This document shows positions 8,448 through 18,585 of a stretch of DNA of 49,644 nt, in pieces; the stretch's first letter is position 1; each line of letters begins with the position of its first letter. Source of the DNA: a virus (lineage: Duplodnaviria > Caudoviricetes); IMG/VR virus record IMGVR_UViG_3300017985_000026, positions 1-49,644 of that record. The stretch is one strand, 5' to 3'. The notes under the pieces are model-generated. The model was not told the DNA's origin. It worked only from the letters and a program-made list of their open reading frames with translations, and searched no databases. Position numbers and translations under genes: made by a program.

Positions 8448-9065
8448 GCATTTTTTTGGCAGGTACTTGTACTTCTCAATCTCTTCGCCATAGTGTTTCT
8501 GTATAACATCAATATAATCTTGAGTGTAGTAAGTTGATTTTCTGTATCGATAAGGCAGAACATTAGCTGGTTTTAATGGATCTGGGACAGCTAGAACCTC
8601 TTTAATTATTTTAAATTGATTGTGTAAGTTTTCATATTGGAGAACAACATTTACACCTTTTAACCATTCTATTAATGAGCGATTCCAGTGAGTATATCTT
8701 GAGGATTTGTTGTCGTTAATCCAATCAGTGAAATACACGATGCCTTTTTTATGAGCCTTTGTGTATAGTTTCCATTCTTTGGTTTTTTCTCGTCGTGTTA
8801 CTGGTTGTAATCCAATATGGTTATACACACTTATCATTCTATCATATGTATTTCTTCGCACACCAAATATAACATACGGGTCTATATCTGTGTATTGTGA
8901 CAACGGCACTTTATCACCTGTTCCATTTATTTCTTCAAGTGTAGCATGTCCACAATGATCAAGAACAAAGCTATGTTTTTGACTGTTTCTATTCGCCCAT
9001 TGAATAATCGCCGTGCCAGCAGTTTTAGGGACATGTACAAATACTGCCCGGCGCAGAGGACGCAC
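8436..9065 (-). CDS. Sulfotransferase family 2-like protein
   Basis: FVHVPKTAGT (5'-PSB) and VRRNTYDRMISVY (3'-PB) motifs. Confidence 0.85.
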   Translation of the reverse strand: MRPLRRAVFVHVPKTAGTAIIQWANRNSQKHSFVLDHCGHATLEEINGTGDKVPLSQYTDIDPYVIFGVRRNTYDRMISVYNHIGLQPVTRREKTKEWKLYTKAHKKGIVYFTDWINDNKSSRYTHWNRSLIEWLKGVNVVLQYENLHNQFKIIKEVLAVPDPLKPANVLPYRYRKSTYYTQDYIDVIQKHYGEEIEKYKYLPKKCLTS

Positions 9066-9067
9066 GA

Positions 9068-9346
9068 TTACAATACTTTAAATGAGATAACTTTGTCCCA
9101 CGGAATAGTTCTCCAACCAGAAACATCAGTATCAAATACTGTAAGATTCTTATCGTTGGGAGCTTTAGGATTAGTAACAGCAGGCACTACACTAGGATTT
9201 AATGTGCAGTTCATTTCTCTAAGTTCACCATTTTGTTTTTGAAACTTAAAAAAGCAAGTGCTGTTAGTTAAGAACTTTCTAACTCTAGATTGCCACTCTT
9301 GGCTATTTCTTTCTGCAAAAAAGTCTGATTCAATCACGTTTGGCAT
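9068..9346 (-). CDS. WYL_2/DUF2693-like SH3-fold protein
   Basis: FQKQNGELREMNCTL...VFDTDVSGWRTI. Confidence 0.7.
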   Translation of the reverse strand: MPNVIESDFFAERNSQEWQSRVRKFLTNSTCFFKFQKQNGELREMNCTLNPSVVPAVTNPKAPNDKNLTVFDTDVSGWRTIPWDKVISFKVL

Positions 9347-9350
9347 AATA

Positions 9351-10280
9351 TTACTCCTTTTGTTTACGTTTACTATCAATTAACCATTTTAATCTTTTAC
9401 GATCTTCTTCATTACCTTTAGACGCTTGTCCGTATTTTTTTGTAATCCAATTATCTACGTCTTTATCATCTTCAGGTATATCTGTAATGTCTATATTATA
9501 CTCTTCTAACTCTTTTGTCAAGTCTTTTTCACTAATAAAAGTAATTGATTCGCCTTTACGTTTCTTAATAGACATGTTAGCAGCAACTACTAGAAGAATA
9601 GCTAATGGATCAAATACAAAAATAAGTAGCATAATGATAATTCTAACTGCACTATCTACACTAGATTTGTCTGATGTAGAATAAAATAGTTCTGCGATAT
9701 ATTTGATAGGACCTAGCTCTGCGTCCATTTGTGCTACTTCTTGCCTCATTGGCAAGAGCTCTAAGTTTAGTGCATCGATATTAGCTACTGCCTCATCCAT
9801 CTCTGCATTCAACTGTTCTCTTTCTTCTCTCTGTGTTCTGTTCACATAGTTTTTATCTTCACCACGTGATGTTCTGAGAGTATCGTCTAAACCAGATAAA
9901 CGATCTCGGGCTTGTTGTAATTTACTTCTTTCTGCGTCTAGTCTAAACTCAATGACTTCCATGTTTAGTGTATAGTCTTGATTAGTAGCAGTTTGATCAA
10001 TATGTGCTCTTGATAGAAAACCAAAGATACCTAAAGATGTAATGACAGAAAGAATAACAACTGCCGATACAAAATATGTCTTTAATAGTTTTGATGAGGT
10101 TGACCAATATTGATACACCCAAGATGCTGTTACAAGTTTAGCAATCTCAAGAACTACTCCCATACCAATAATCTCGGCATAAGCTGCCGGGAATATAGTG
10201 GTTAATCCAATGATTGAAAAATATGCTGCTACAGAAGATACTGCAAGAGCAGAAAATAAAAGTAAAATTATAAATCCCAT
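9351..10280 (-). CDS. Multi-pass membrane protein with a long coiled coil
   Basis: Three N-terminal TM segments, heptad-rich middle, C-terminal TM IFVFDPLAILL. Confidence 0.75.
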   Translation of the reverse strand: MGFIILLLFSALAVSSVAAYFSIIGLTTIFPAAYAEIIGMGVVLEIAKLVTASWVYQYWSTSSKLLKTYFVSAVVILSVITSLGIFGFLSRAHIDQTATNQDYTLNMEVIEFRLDAERSKLQQARDRLSGLDDTLRTSRGEDKNYVNRTQREEREQLNAEMDEAVANIDALNLELLPMRQEVAQMDAELGPIKYIAELFYSTSDKSSVDSAVRIIIMLLIFVFDPLAILLVVAANMSIKKRKGESITFISEKDLTKELEEYNIDITDIPEDDKDVDNWITKKYGQASKGNEEDRKRLKWLIDSKRKQKE

Positions 10281-10897
10281 AAAAATTCTTTCGTTACTCG
10301 TTCGCCGAAGTAATTAACTTTAGTAGAGGTGAGAACTAAATCTTTATATACTTCTGGCTGTATTACCTCTTTTTTCATTAACGCATTATATGTATCCATT
10401 TCTCTGTCTAAATTAAACTCTTTGGCAAAATTTGTTACTATACCTTTAAAAGTTCTTTTTCTGCCGTCTAATGGTTTCTCATCATTAGGAGAATTAACAT
10501 AGCTTCCAATATTATCATATGGCAATATCTGAAAATTTAATTTGAGATCAAATTTTTGTAAGTATGGATCACCGTGAGTGTGCTTAATGCGATCTCTATT
10601 TTCTACAAACTCTTCAAAAACTTTTGTGTTGCCAAAAGTATTTTTTTGGCCACAATACACCCAAAAATCTCTATGAATTCCTGAAACTAATCTATCAAAA
10701 GGATTTCTTAGTACTAAGATAACATGTTTGTAATTAACATCCTGAGCGTACTCGTTTAAACTGTAGTATCTTTGACGAGATTCTGCTTCAAAATGTGTAC
10801 AACCAAAAATCTCTCTTGTGATTACTTTAGAGGCAGATCTTAAAGGAATACTCATTACAAAATTATTTGTCTCAACAATTATGTCTTGGGCTGCCAT
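10268..10897 (-). CDS. Divergent sulfotransferase-like protein
   Basis: IPLRSASK (PSB-like) and VLRNPFDRLVSG (3'-PB). Confidence 0.6.
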   Translation of the reverse strand: MAAQDIIVETNNFVMSIPLRSASKVITREIFGCTHFEAESRQRYYSLNEYAQDVNYKHVILVLRNPFDRLVSGIHRDFWVYCGQKNTFGNTKVFEEFVENRDRIKHTHGDPYLQKFDLKLNFQILPYDNIGSYVNSPNDEKPLDGRKRTFKGIVTNFAKEFNLDREMDTYNALMKKEVIQPEVYKDLVLTSTKVNYFGERVTKEFLWDL

Positions 10898-11217
10898 TCT
10901 ATTTCTTCAAACTCCTTTAAAAATGTCATTCTCAATCTGATGTTAATCATATCATTAATACAATTATCATCGTGTCTGTATTTCCACTGTAACAAAAACT
11001 CTTGCATTTTAGCATGTGCTTTGCTTTCATATGTTGCAATAGTTTCTTTGGTTAGTTCGCCCTCATATTCTTTTACAATAGTTGAACTTCCAAAATACTT
11101 TTCAAACTGCCTTTCAGTTTTACAAGAGTAACCAATATAATATCTGCCGTCTGGAAAATAAGTACAGTATACTCTATGTACTTTCTTCTCTTTCGGTTTT
11201 TTCGCTCGTGCCATCAT
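10879..11217 (-). CDS. Stand-alone GIY-YIG (Seg-like) endonuclease domain
   Basis: RVYCT...YYIGYS...YFGSS...E...CIND. Confidence 0.7.
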   Translation of the reverse strand: MMARAKKPKEKKVHRVYCTYFPDGRYYIGYSCKTERQFEKYFGSSTIVKEYEGELTKETIATYESKAHAKMQEFLLQWKYRHDDNCINDMINIRLRMTFLKEFEEIEWQPKT

Positions 11218-11380
11218 CTACTACCTCGTCTATGGTAGTAGTATTTATGTCACCGTCCCAATTAAGATCTGTCACCATGTTTTGCTTTACCTTTTGGTTT
11301 TTACCAAAGATGAGATCCCAATTACTTGCGAATGTATCTTTGTCAACGCTAAAAGGTCTAGGTTTACTTCCCTTACCCAT
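11174..11380 (-). CDS. Hypothetical protein
   Basis: MGKGSKPRPFSV...NWDLIF; coupled to neighbours. Confidence 0.7.
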   Translation of the reverse strand: MGKGSKPRPFSVDKDTFASNWDLIFGKNQKVKQNMVTDLNWDGDINTTTIDEVVDDGTSEKTEREEST

Positions 11381-11673
11381 TACTCCTCCTTCACAAAGAC
11401 GCCGTCAACCATTTTGCCTTTGCGATCCTTAATGTCGTTGTATGCTACCGACATACAATGCTCTAGTGTTAATCCATTTCGTTCTGCGATATTGATAAGA
11501 ACCACAATGCAGTCACCAATATCATCAGAAACATCACGACCTTTGCAAACGTTATCACTTAGCTCTCCAACTTCTTGAATTAGTTTACATACTTGATCTT
11601 TGTCTGTAGCACCATCAATGAGATTTCTATCTCGATGCCATTGTTTAATCAATTCTTCATACTGTTCTAACAT
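11380..11673 (-). CDS. mazG: MazG-like NTP pyrophosphohydrolase
   Basis: KLIQEVGEL...DDIGDCIVVL...IKDRKG. Confidence 0.85.
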   Translation of the reverse strand: MLEQYEELIKQWHRDRNLIDGATDKDQVCKLIQEVGELSDNVCKGRDVSDDIGDCIVVLINIAERNGLTLEHCMSVAYNDIKDRKGKMVDGVFVKEE

Positions 11674-12595
11674 CTAAGTTTATCCTTGTTCCAAGCATTT
11701 GTTTTACTTTAAAGTCAGCATTATTAGACCAAACCAACACCTCTGGATCATCATATAAAAAGTCACAGTTCTTGCAGTATTCGATATCGTCGAATTGTTT
11801 GAAGGCATGTTTTAGTCTTAGCTGATTATACAGTTCTCCATGATAAATGTCAACTAGTTTTTCACTATTTGTATCACCAAGAACACTTTTTTCCTCGTTA
11901 GGAGGACCCATAGTCTGACAGCAAGGTGTTACTTTGCCGTTAGCTCTAATTGTTATTTCGTTGGCAAATGGCCTGCCGCACGACTTTCTTACACTAGTAT
12001 CTCTAACATACACTGGTTGCCAATTACCACTCCAGTTATGTTGTTTCCAAATATATGCTTCTGTTCCTACTACATCAATAAAGTTTTTCCTATATTGCTC
12101 TACTTCGTACTCCATTTGATGGTTGTCTAATATCAAATGATAACTGCTAACTGTGCATGTCTTTGAATACTCTTGTAGAGCTGTTACATTGTCTATGATT
12201 GCATCAAAATTATCAGCAGCCATCCACTCTATGTACTTCTCTCTATTGTAACCTATGACACTGACACGAATAAAATCTATACCAGCGTCTACAACATCTT
12301 TCATGTATTGCCCTTTTAGTCTAAAGGCATTAGTAAACATGTAACTCTTAAATCCGTATTTGTTACAGAGCTCAATGTACTTAGGTAGATCTTTGGCAAG
12401 AGTAGGCTCGCCGCTACCCTCTAATTGTATAACTGTTTCTGGATTTGGCTCTAACTGCTGTAAAATGTTTTCAAATGATTTGAGTGGCATCTTTTTTGTC
12501 CACTCTTTGCCTCTGCCTGTTGTTTGAGGACACATCTGACATTTGTAATTACATCCGCCTGCAACTTCTATGACAGCTCTTTGTACATCAATCAT
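11657..12595 (-). CDS. Radical SAM/SPASM-domain protein
   Basis: CNYKCQMC, GSGEP and C-terminal C...PCC...CKNC. Confidence 0.9.
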   Translation of the reverse strand: MIDVQRAVIEVAGGCNYKCQMCPQTTGRGKEWTKKMPLKSFENILQQLEPNPETVIQLEGSGEPTLAKDLPKYIELCNKYGFKSYMFTNAFRLKGQYMKDVVDAGIDFIRVSVIGYNREKYIEWMAADNFDAIIDNVTALQEYSKTCTVSSYHLILDNHQMEYEVEQYRKNFIDVVGTEAYIWKQHNWSGNWQPVYVRDTSVRKSCGRPFANEITIRANGKVTPCCQTMGPPNEEKSVLGDTNSEKLVDIYHGELYNQLRLKHAFKQFDDIEYCKNCDFLYDDPEVLVWSNNADFKVKQMLGTRINLDVRTV

Positions 12596-13488
12596 TGTAC
12601 CTCTACTGTGATATTATCACATTTATATGTTTTTAATTCATCTGTTGGAAACGCTGATATAATCATTGCCTTTGTTTGTAGAAATGAATCATCAGGATCT
12701 TTTATTGTAATTTTTATAGTATTTTCTAATGCTTGTTCTTTAACACCTAATATATCTTGCCCTACTGCAAAATTAAATATAAACCTATTGTTACTATAAT
12801 GACGGAATATTCTATTATGTTCCATCATTCCATTTGTATGATTAGTTTTGCTATCAGTTAAAATGTGAGGTATAAGAGTGCCTTTGTCTGGCACTATTTC
12901 CATATAAAAAGGTAGCGTATTTTCGCTAACCTTTATTTTACTTCTATAATATGCTATAAGTTCTTCTGGGTTCTGAAAAATCTTATGCATCGGATACGGT
13001 GTAGGTTTACCTGTTGTAGCATAAGTAACTGCTTCAAATGTTTTTTCTTTGTCTAAAAAATAATAATATATGGTTTGCCTAGATCCTCCTGGGTGTATTC
13101 TCCACACTCCTTGATCTCTGATAGGCGGCCATTCATCTTCAAAACCAGCATAGTCATAAAAAGGATCCCATATAACACCAATAGGATTGTTAAATTTTCC
13201 AGATTTTAAAAACTCTCTAGCTAGCCATACTGTTTTAGGAAACCGTTCAAATTCTAAAAAGTCTTGTACTGACTCGACCTCGCCTTTCCATAAATGTTTT
13301 GTGAAGTAAGGAACAACTTCACACGACATAAATTCCCTTGTTCCTAGTTCAAAGTAAATGTTCTCTTTTCTAAATAAAGATAACCCAAGGGCTTCTTTTT
13401 CTTTTTTTGCCTTCCAAAAAAACTCCATAGCAGCAGTATGACTACCAAGAGTTTCGTTTAATGTTTTTGATATGCCAGTAAGTAGCAT
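12592..13488 (-). CDS. Hypothetical protein
   Basis: 298-aa ORF coupled to neighbours; WRIHPGGSR weakly resembles a ParB/Srx-like motif. Confidence 0.7.
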   Translation of the reverse strand: MLLTGISKTLNETLGSHTAAMEFFWKAKKEKEALGLSLFRKENIYFELGTREFMSCEVVPYFTKHLWKGEVESVQDFLEFERFPKTVWLAREFLKSGKFNNPIGVIWDPFYDYAGFEDEWPPIRDQGVWRIHPGGSRQTIYYYFLDKEKTFEAVTYATTGKPTPYPMHKIFQNPEELIAYYRSKIKVSENTLPFYMEIVPDKGTLIPHILTDSKTNHTNGMMEHNRIFRHYSNNRFIFNFAVGQDILGVKEQALENTIKITIKDPDDSFLQTKAMIISAFPTDELKTYKCDNITVEVQ

Positions 13489-13658
13489 TAGTATTCTTCG
13501 TCAGTTAACTGATCGTAAAGTTCTAGTTCTTCTTCTATTTCTAATTCTGTACCACAAAAGACACAAAATTTTGGCTCATAAAAATGATCGTCCATGTCGT
13601 AACTTACTTTAAAAACAGCTTCACAACTCTCACATTCTAAGTTTTTTGGTTTTGCCAT
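13488..13658 (-). CDS. 56-aa zinc-ribbon protein with acidic tail (MAKPKNLECESCEAVF...FCVFCGTELE...)
   Basis: Hand translation; two CxxC motifs; GAGG SD; stop overlaps the next ATG. Confidence 0.75.
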   Translation of the reverse strand: MAKPKNLECESCEAVFKVSYDMDDHFYEPKFCVFCGTELEIEEELELYDQLTDEEY

Positions 13659-13661
13659 GTA

Positions 13662-14105
13662 TTACCTCTTGGTGACATTTATCCGTGCTTCCCTCAAAAA
13701 GGCAACACCACTGCCGCATTTTTGTGAAGCATACCCATGTATATAGTAGACATGAGAAATGCCAGCTTGGTAAATAAGTTTGGCGCATTCTAGACATGGC
13801 TCGTGGGTACAAAATAAAATAGCACCCTCACTTGATTCTGTGGATTTAGTTAGTTTCATTAGAGCGTTTGCCTCAGCATGCAATACTTCAGGTTTTGTAA
13901 CCAAAGATGGTGCAATGTCTCCAGGCAATCTATACTCAATAGTTTCACAATCGTTGCTCCATCCACTTGGAGTTCCGTTGTAACCAATAGAAAGGATGCG
14001 ATTATCTTTTACAATAACCGCCCCCACTTTTAGTTTTACTGCTGTAGATAGCAGAGCTGTTCTCTCAGCAATACTAAAAAAGTAATCAATGAATTTGGGC
14101 TTCAT
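13662..14105 (-). CDS. cd: dCMP deaminase
   Basis: GYNGTPSG, HAEANA, PCLEC; likely start MKPKF. Confidence 0.92.
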   Translation of the reverse strand: MKPKFIDYFFSIAERTALLSTAVKLKVGAVIVKDNRILSIGYNGTPSGWSNDCETIEYRLPGDIAPSLVTKPEVLHAEANALMKLTKSTESSEGAILFCTHEPCLECAKLIYQAGISHVYYIHGYASQKCGSGVAFLREARINVTKR

Positions 14106-14119
14106 TTTATTTCTAAACT

Positions 14120-15097
14120 TTAAGAGGCCCATACCTGCTCCCAACCTCCAGTTAACGCACCTCTTGCATAATCTGTTGCTCTGTTCTCAAAGAAGTTTGT
14201 ATGGGTCGGGGCGTTGATCATTTCCTCTACCCAAGGCAAAGGATTCTTTTTAACTTTAAAAATACCTCTCATACCTAAACTAATAAGACGTCTGTCTGCA
14301 ATATAACGAATATACTTTTTAACTTCCTCAGGTGTCAATCCTTCCATAGGACCCATAGCAAACGCTAAATCAATAAACTTATCTTCAAGCTCTACCATTT
14401 TTTCTGCAATGGTGTATATTTGTCCTTTAACTTTGTCATTCCAAATTTCTCTATTTTCTTCAACATACTGGCGGAACAATTTGATCATTGACTCTGCGTG
14501 CATAGTCTCGTCTACAATAGACCATGTAACAATCTGTCCCATACCTTTCATCTTGCCATGACGCGGAAAGTTTAGTAGCATAATGAATGAGGAAAAGAGT
14601 TGCATGCCTTCTGTGAACGCTGAGAAGGCGGCAATGTTAGTCGCAACTGATTCTCTTGTGCCGTTGGCATTAGACAAATCAGTAAAGTAATCGTGCTTAG
14701 CACGCATAGCTTCATATTCAAGAAATTCATTGTATGTACTCTCTGGCATACCCAATGTTTCAATAAGATGGGAATAAGCGGCAACGTGCAATGCTTCTCT
14801 TGCCGCAAAACCAGCAAGCATCATTCGTACTTCTGGCTGTGGGAAATATGGTAGATAGTTATTTACATAACCTCCTGCTACATCAATATCTCCTTGTGTA
14901 AAGAATCTAAAAATGTTTGTAAGGAATGCTTTTTCTTCGTTTGTTAATCTGTTCTTCCAGTCTTTTACGTCTTCTGACATTGGTACTTCTGTATGTAGCC
15001 AATGAGACTGCTCATGCTTTAGCCATGCGTCATAAGCCCAAGGGTAGTTAAAGGGCTTAAAATATGTTCTTTCATCTGTTAATTTGCTTTTTACCAT
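14120..15097 (-). CDS. nrdB: Ribonucleotide reductase class Ia beta subunit
   Basis: FFTQGD, EALHVAAY, EGMQLFSSF, DETMH, NFFE; likely start MVKSK. Confidence 0.95.
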   Translation of the reverse strand: MVKSKLTDERTYFKPFNYPWAYDAWLKHEQSHWLHTEVPMSEDVKDWKNRLTNEEKAFLTNIFRFFTQGDIDVAGGYVNNYLPYFPQPEVRMMLAGFAAREALHVAAYSHLIETLGMPESTYNEFLEYEAMRAKHDYFTDLSNANGTRESVATNIAAFSAFTEGMQLFSSFIMLLNFPRHGKMKGMGQIVTWSIVDETMHAESMIKLFRQYVEENREIWNDKVKGQIYTIAEKMVELEDKFIDLAFAMGPMEGLTPEEVKKYIRYIADRRLISLGMRGIFKVKKNPLPWVEEMINAPTHTNFFENRATDYARGALTGGWEQVWAS

Positions 15098-15098
15098 G

Positions 15099-15707
15099 TT
15101 ACTCTTCTCCAATATCTCTGTAACTATTTTTTTCGAATGCCCACTTTCTTTCTGTACACCAATAACAAACTCCACATCTACCCTTGTTTTGTTCTGTACA
15201 ACTGTGGGTAATAGGCATTATAACATCAGCAATTCCTAAGTCAAATCCTAATTTTACTGTTTCGTCTTTTGTCATGTCCTCGAAAGGCCATGTTACATAC
15301 TGTCTTTGTTCTTCAGTAGGCTCGAATCTAGGATGCGGATCCTCATTCTCATGCCTATTATGTACTTCTTGTGAGTATGCTGTCATACCAATAAAAAGGT
15401 GATCAATGTACTCTTCACCAAATACTTCATATGCACCGTTTGTAACATAGTCCCAAGGATTGTTGGCAAGCTCTTTACCTACAACAATTGGCTCTTGTAC
15501 GGGAGCACCTAATAATTTATTAATTGTCTCTACAACTAATTTTGAATAATGTAACGCTCCATCTAGTTTAGGTACTACAAATGGTGTACACTCTTGCCCA
15601 CTATCAAGACAGGCAGACTTCACTAGATACCAGAGGACGGCGCTATCCCATCCCCCAGAAACCATTACTCCTATTCTTTTATCTTTTGGAACGCTTATCC
15701 TTCGCAT
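15099..15707 (-). CDS. QueC-like PP-loop ATP pyrophosphatase
   Basis: SGGWDS PP-loop; THSC...RCGVCYWCTER zinc site. Confidence 0.75.
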   Translation of the reverse strand: MRRISVPKDKRIGVMVSGGWDSAVLWYLVKSACLDSGQECTPFVVPKLDGALHYSKLVVETINKLLGAPVQEPIVVGKELANNPWDYVTNGAYEVFGEEYIDHLFIGMTAYSQEVHNRHENEDPHPRFEPTEEQRQYVTWPFEDMTKDETVKLGFDLGIADVIMPITHSCTEQNKGRCGVCYWCTERKWAFEKNSYRDIGEE

Positions 15708-17491
15708 GCTAAACATGTTCCATCAGCCAAGTCATCAATTTTAATTTCTTGAATAATCTCTCTTTCAATTCTCTTAGATACTTTGTCAGCTTTGCCCAGT
15801 TTTTCTGAACGGCAATAATAAAGTGTCTTTAATTCTGTTTTCCATGCCAAATAGTGTACTGCGTGTAGGTACTTAATATTTACATCTGGACGGAAAAACA
15901 GATTAAGAGACTGTGCTTGATCAATAAACTGCTGTCTATCAGCACCATGTTCAATTACCCAACGCTGATCAATTTCCATAGCAGTTTTAAATACTGCTTT
16001 TTCTTCATCTGACAAACATGTTACATGTTGTACAGAACCATCGTTTGCTATGATTGACGACCAAATTTCGTCAATATCCAATTTTTTATTTTTATCCACC
16101 TTATCTCTAAGTATGTTATTAAGATACTTGTTCTTATTGAGATGCGATCCAGATAATGTGTCCTGTCTGTAAGCATTTGCCCTAAACGGTTCAATAGACG
16201 GCGAAGTGTTTCCCATAATAATACTGCTACTAGCATTGGGAGCGATAGCCATAACATGACTAAACCTTCTTCCCGTGCCGCTTGCGTCAGGCGCTTCACC
16301 TCTGTCACTACCAAGTTCAATGTTTGCTTCATCTAATTTACTCCTAATGTGTCTAAACATTCTAATATTAGCACCTTTGGCTTGCGCGCTTTCCCATGCA
16401 ATCATATTCTTTTGTAGATAAGCATGAAAACCTAGCGCACCGACTCCGATGCTTCGTTCTCTCATAGCAGAAAACTTCGCTCTAGATACTTGGTCTGGTG
16501 CATTGTTAATAAAATACTCCAGAACATTGTCTAGCATTTCTGCAATGTCCTTTAAAAACTGTGGATTTTTAGACCATGAATCATAATGCTCTAAGTTTAC
16601 AGACGACAAACAACATACTGCTGTTCTATCTTTGTTTGTCGGTAAAATAATTTCTGAGCATAAATTAGACTGATGAATTTTTAAACCTAGTTCCTTTTGA
16701 AACTCTGGTAGATATTTGTTACTTGTATCAACAAAGTGAATGTATGGCTCGCCAGTTTCCATTCTCAACTCTAAGATTTTTTGCCATAAAGACTTTGCTG
16801 ATACTGTATCGCGAATTTGTCCGCTATGAGGATCAATTAAGTTCCATCCATCGTCAGCGGTAGGGTCTTGCATACATCTTTCAATCAATTCCATAAAGCG
16901 ATCGGTAATGTTAATACCATGATGTAGATTTAGACATCTAACATTAGGATCTCCTGTAGGCTTTCTCATTTCCAAAAACATTACAACGTCCGGATGAGAA
17001 ATGTCAAGATAAGTAGCGTAAGAGCCGCGTCTAGTGCGCCCCTGGCGATAGGCGAGGCATGACGAATCGTAAGTCTTGAGATGAGGCATAACACCAGTAG
17101 ACTTGTCATCACTGGCACGGATACCAAAACCAATGCCAACACCACCACCCAACATAGATAACCAATTTGTTTCACTTAAATTCTCCACCAATCCTTCTGC
17201 GGTATCATTAATATAATTTAGAAAACAAGAAATAGGCATTCCCTTTTTGGAACGCCCAAAAGACAAAATAGGAGTAGAATATGACAGCCAGTGCTTGCTG
17301 GAGTACTCATACAACCGCTGGGCATGTTCTGGATTAGAACCAAACGACTTACTGACAAAAGCAAATCGTTGTTGAGGAGATGTTTCCTCATCTGTCATAT
17401 AACTCTCTTTAAGCCTAGCAAGGCCTAACTTATCAAATAACTCATCTCTCGATGTGTCAATTTGAATCCCTAAATAATCTTCTTTTGACAT
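15695..17491 (-). CDS. nrdA: Ribonucleotide reductase class Ia alpha subunit (short, no ATP cone)
   Basis: ISCF, SNLCSEI, VCCLSS, APNASSS, KTLYY, terminal CLACEG. Confidence 0.97.
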   Translation of the reverse strand: MSKEDYLGIQIDTSRDELFDKLGLARLKESYMTDEETSPQQRFAFVSKSFGSNPEHAQRLYEYSSKHWLSYSTPILSFGRSKKGMPISCFLNYINDTAEGLVENLSETNWLSMLGGGVGIGFGIRASDDKSTGVMPHLKTYDSSCLAYRQGRTRRGSYATYLDISHPDVVMFLEMRKPTGDPNVRCLNLHHGINITDRFMELIERCMQDPTADDGWNLIDPHSGQIRDTVSAKSLWQKILELRMETGEPYIHFVDTSNKYLPEFQKELGLKIHQSNLCSEIILPTNKDRTAVCCLSSVNLEHYDSWSKNPQFLKDIAEMLDNVLEYFINNAPDQVSRAKFSAMRERSIGVGALGFHAYLQKNMIAWESAQAKGANIRMFRHIRSKLDEANIELGSDRGEAPDASGTGRRFSHVMAIAPNASSSIIMGNTSPSIEPFRANAYRQDTLSGSHLNKNKYLNNILRDKVDKNKKLDIDEIWSSIIANDGSVQHVTCLSDEEKAVFKTAMEIDQRWVIEHGADRQQFIDQAQSLNLFFRPDVNIKYLHAVHYLAWKTELKTLYYCRSEKLGKADKVSKRIEREIIQEIKIDDLADGTCLACEG

Positions 17492-17499
17492 ATTTTCCT

Positions 17500-18585
17500 C
17501 TAAATTGGTTGTTCTCTATAATCTTTGTGAAAGAGTGGTAGTTCTTTGGTAAAGCACCGCGGATCTATTATTTTGTTTTTGTAATCTACGCCGGAGATAG
17601 ATATATATTGATCTAAGGTTCTTGCATCTCCCAATCCATAGATATCATCTAATTGATCTCTAAAAATAAGCGTTTGTCGTTTGTGAGATTGCTCATCTAT
17701 ATCCCACCATTGAAAATCTCGGTTGTCGCATGCTTGTTGATCCCAATACAACAAACCCTCTCTATATCCTCTTCCATAATAATGTCTTGTTGGATAATCC
17801 CACATATGAAAAATGTTATAACCGTTTGTCCATGCTCTAAGGGCTAAACTAGGCTCTTCTCCATGGAAAAATAATTTTTCATCATATGGCACCTCTTCAA
17901 CAAAAGTACCTAATGTAAATACAGTGTTAGCACTAAAAGCAAACCCATGTACATAAGGCTGTCCTGTTTCCATGTTTCGGCAAATATAAAAATGCTTCCA
18001 CCAGTCTAAAATGTCTTCAAATTTATCTACAATCTGCCCTCGATAGTTTACAGTTCCATCTTCGTGAAAGGTCGTGTCAGAACTTCCTAAACACAACAAA
18101 CGCATACTATATTTTCCTGGTTTAGGCTCGTATGGCGGAAGATGAGAAACAGGCAATGGATTCCTAATTATATCATCATCTATTGCCGACATTGGATCTG
18201 GGTAACCAGTAATTAAAGGTTTTTCGTGGTACTGTTGCAAATGTGCAATTGAACTAATAAACTTTAAATCCCACTCGGTCTCCCAACCTGTATGAGAGTC
18301 TATTTGGCAATAATACTTTTCGCCATTATAAGGTTCCTGTGCTCTAGTTCTTGCCCAGCAACATCCCAAACTTTCATGAGGCTCATAATGTTGATAATGA
18401 ATTTGATCTCTAAAATTATCAAAACATGGCAAGGACAAATCTAGTTTTTCTTGTGGAAAGGATTGATCGACGATAGAAAAAACTAAATTATTTTTATAAA
18501 CAGCATTGTCCCAGCAACGAACGATAGTATACATCAATAGGGGATCCCTAAAAGATGCAATAGAGATAAAAATCTTATCCTTCAT
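17500..18585 (-). CDS. GlcNAc-transferase-like glycosyltransferase (Skp1-hydroxyproline GlcNAc-T / GT60-like)
   Basis: IFISIASFRDP, GCCWAR, QIDSH, FHGEEPSLALRAWTNGY. Confidence 0.8.
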   Translation of the reverse strand: MKDKIFISIASFRDPLLMYTIVRCWDNAVYKNNLVFSIVDQSFPQEKLDLSLPCFDNFRDQIHYQHYEPHESLGCCWARTRAQEPYNGEKYYCQIDSHTGWETEWDLKFISSIAHLQQYHEKPLITGYPDPMSAIDDDIIRNPLPVSHLPPYEPKPGKYSMRLLCLGSSDTTFHEDGTVNYRGQIVDKFEDILDWWKHFYICRNMETGQPYVHGFAFSANTVFTLGTFVEEVPYDEKLFFHGEEPSLALRAWTNGYNIFHMWDYPTRHYYGRGYREGLLYWDQQACDNRDFQWWDIDEQSHKRQTLIFRDQLDDIYGLGDARTLDQYISISGVDYKNKIIDPRCFTKELPLFHKDYREQPI

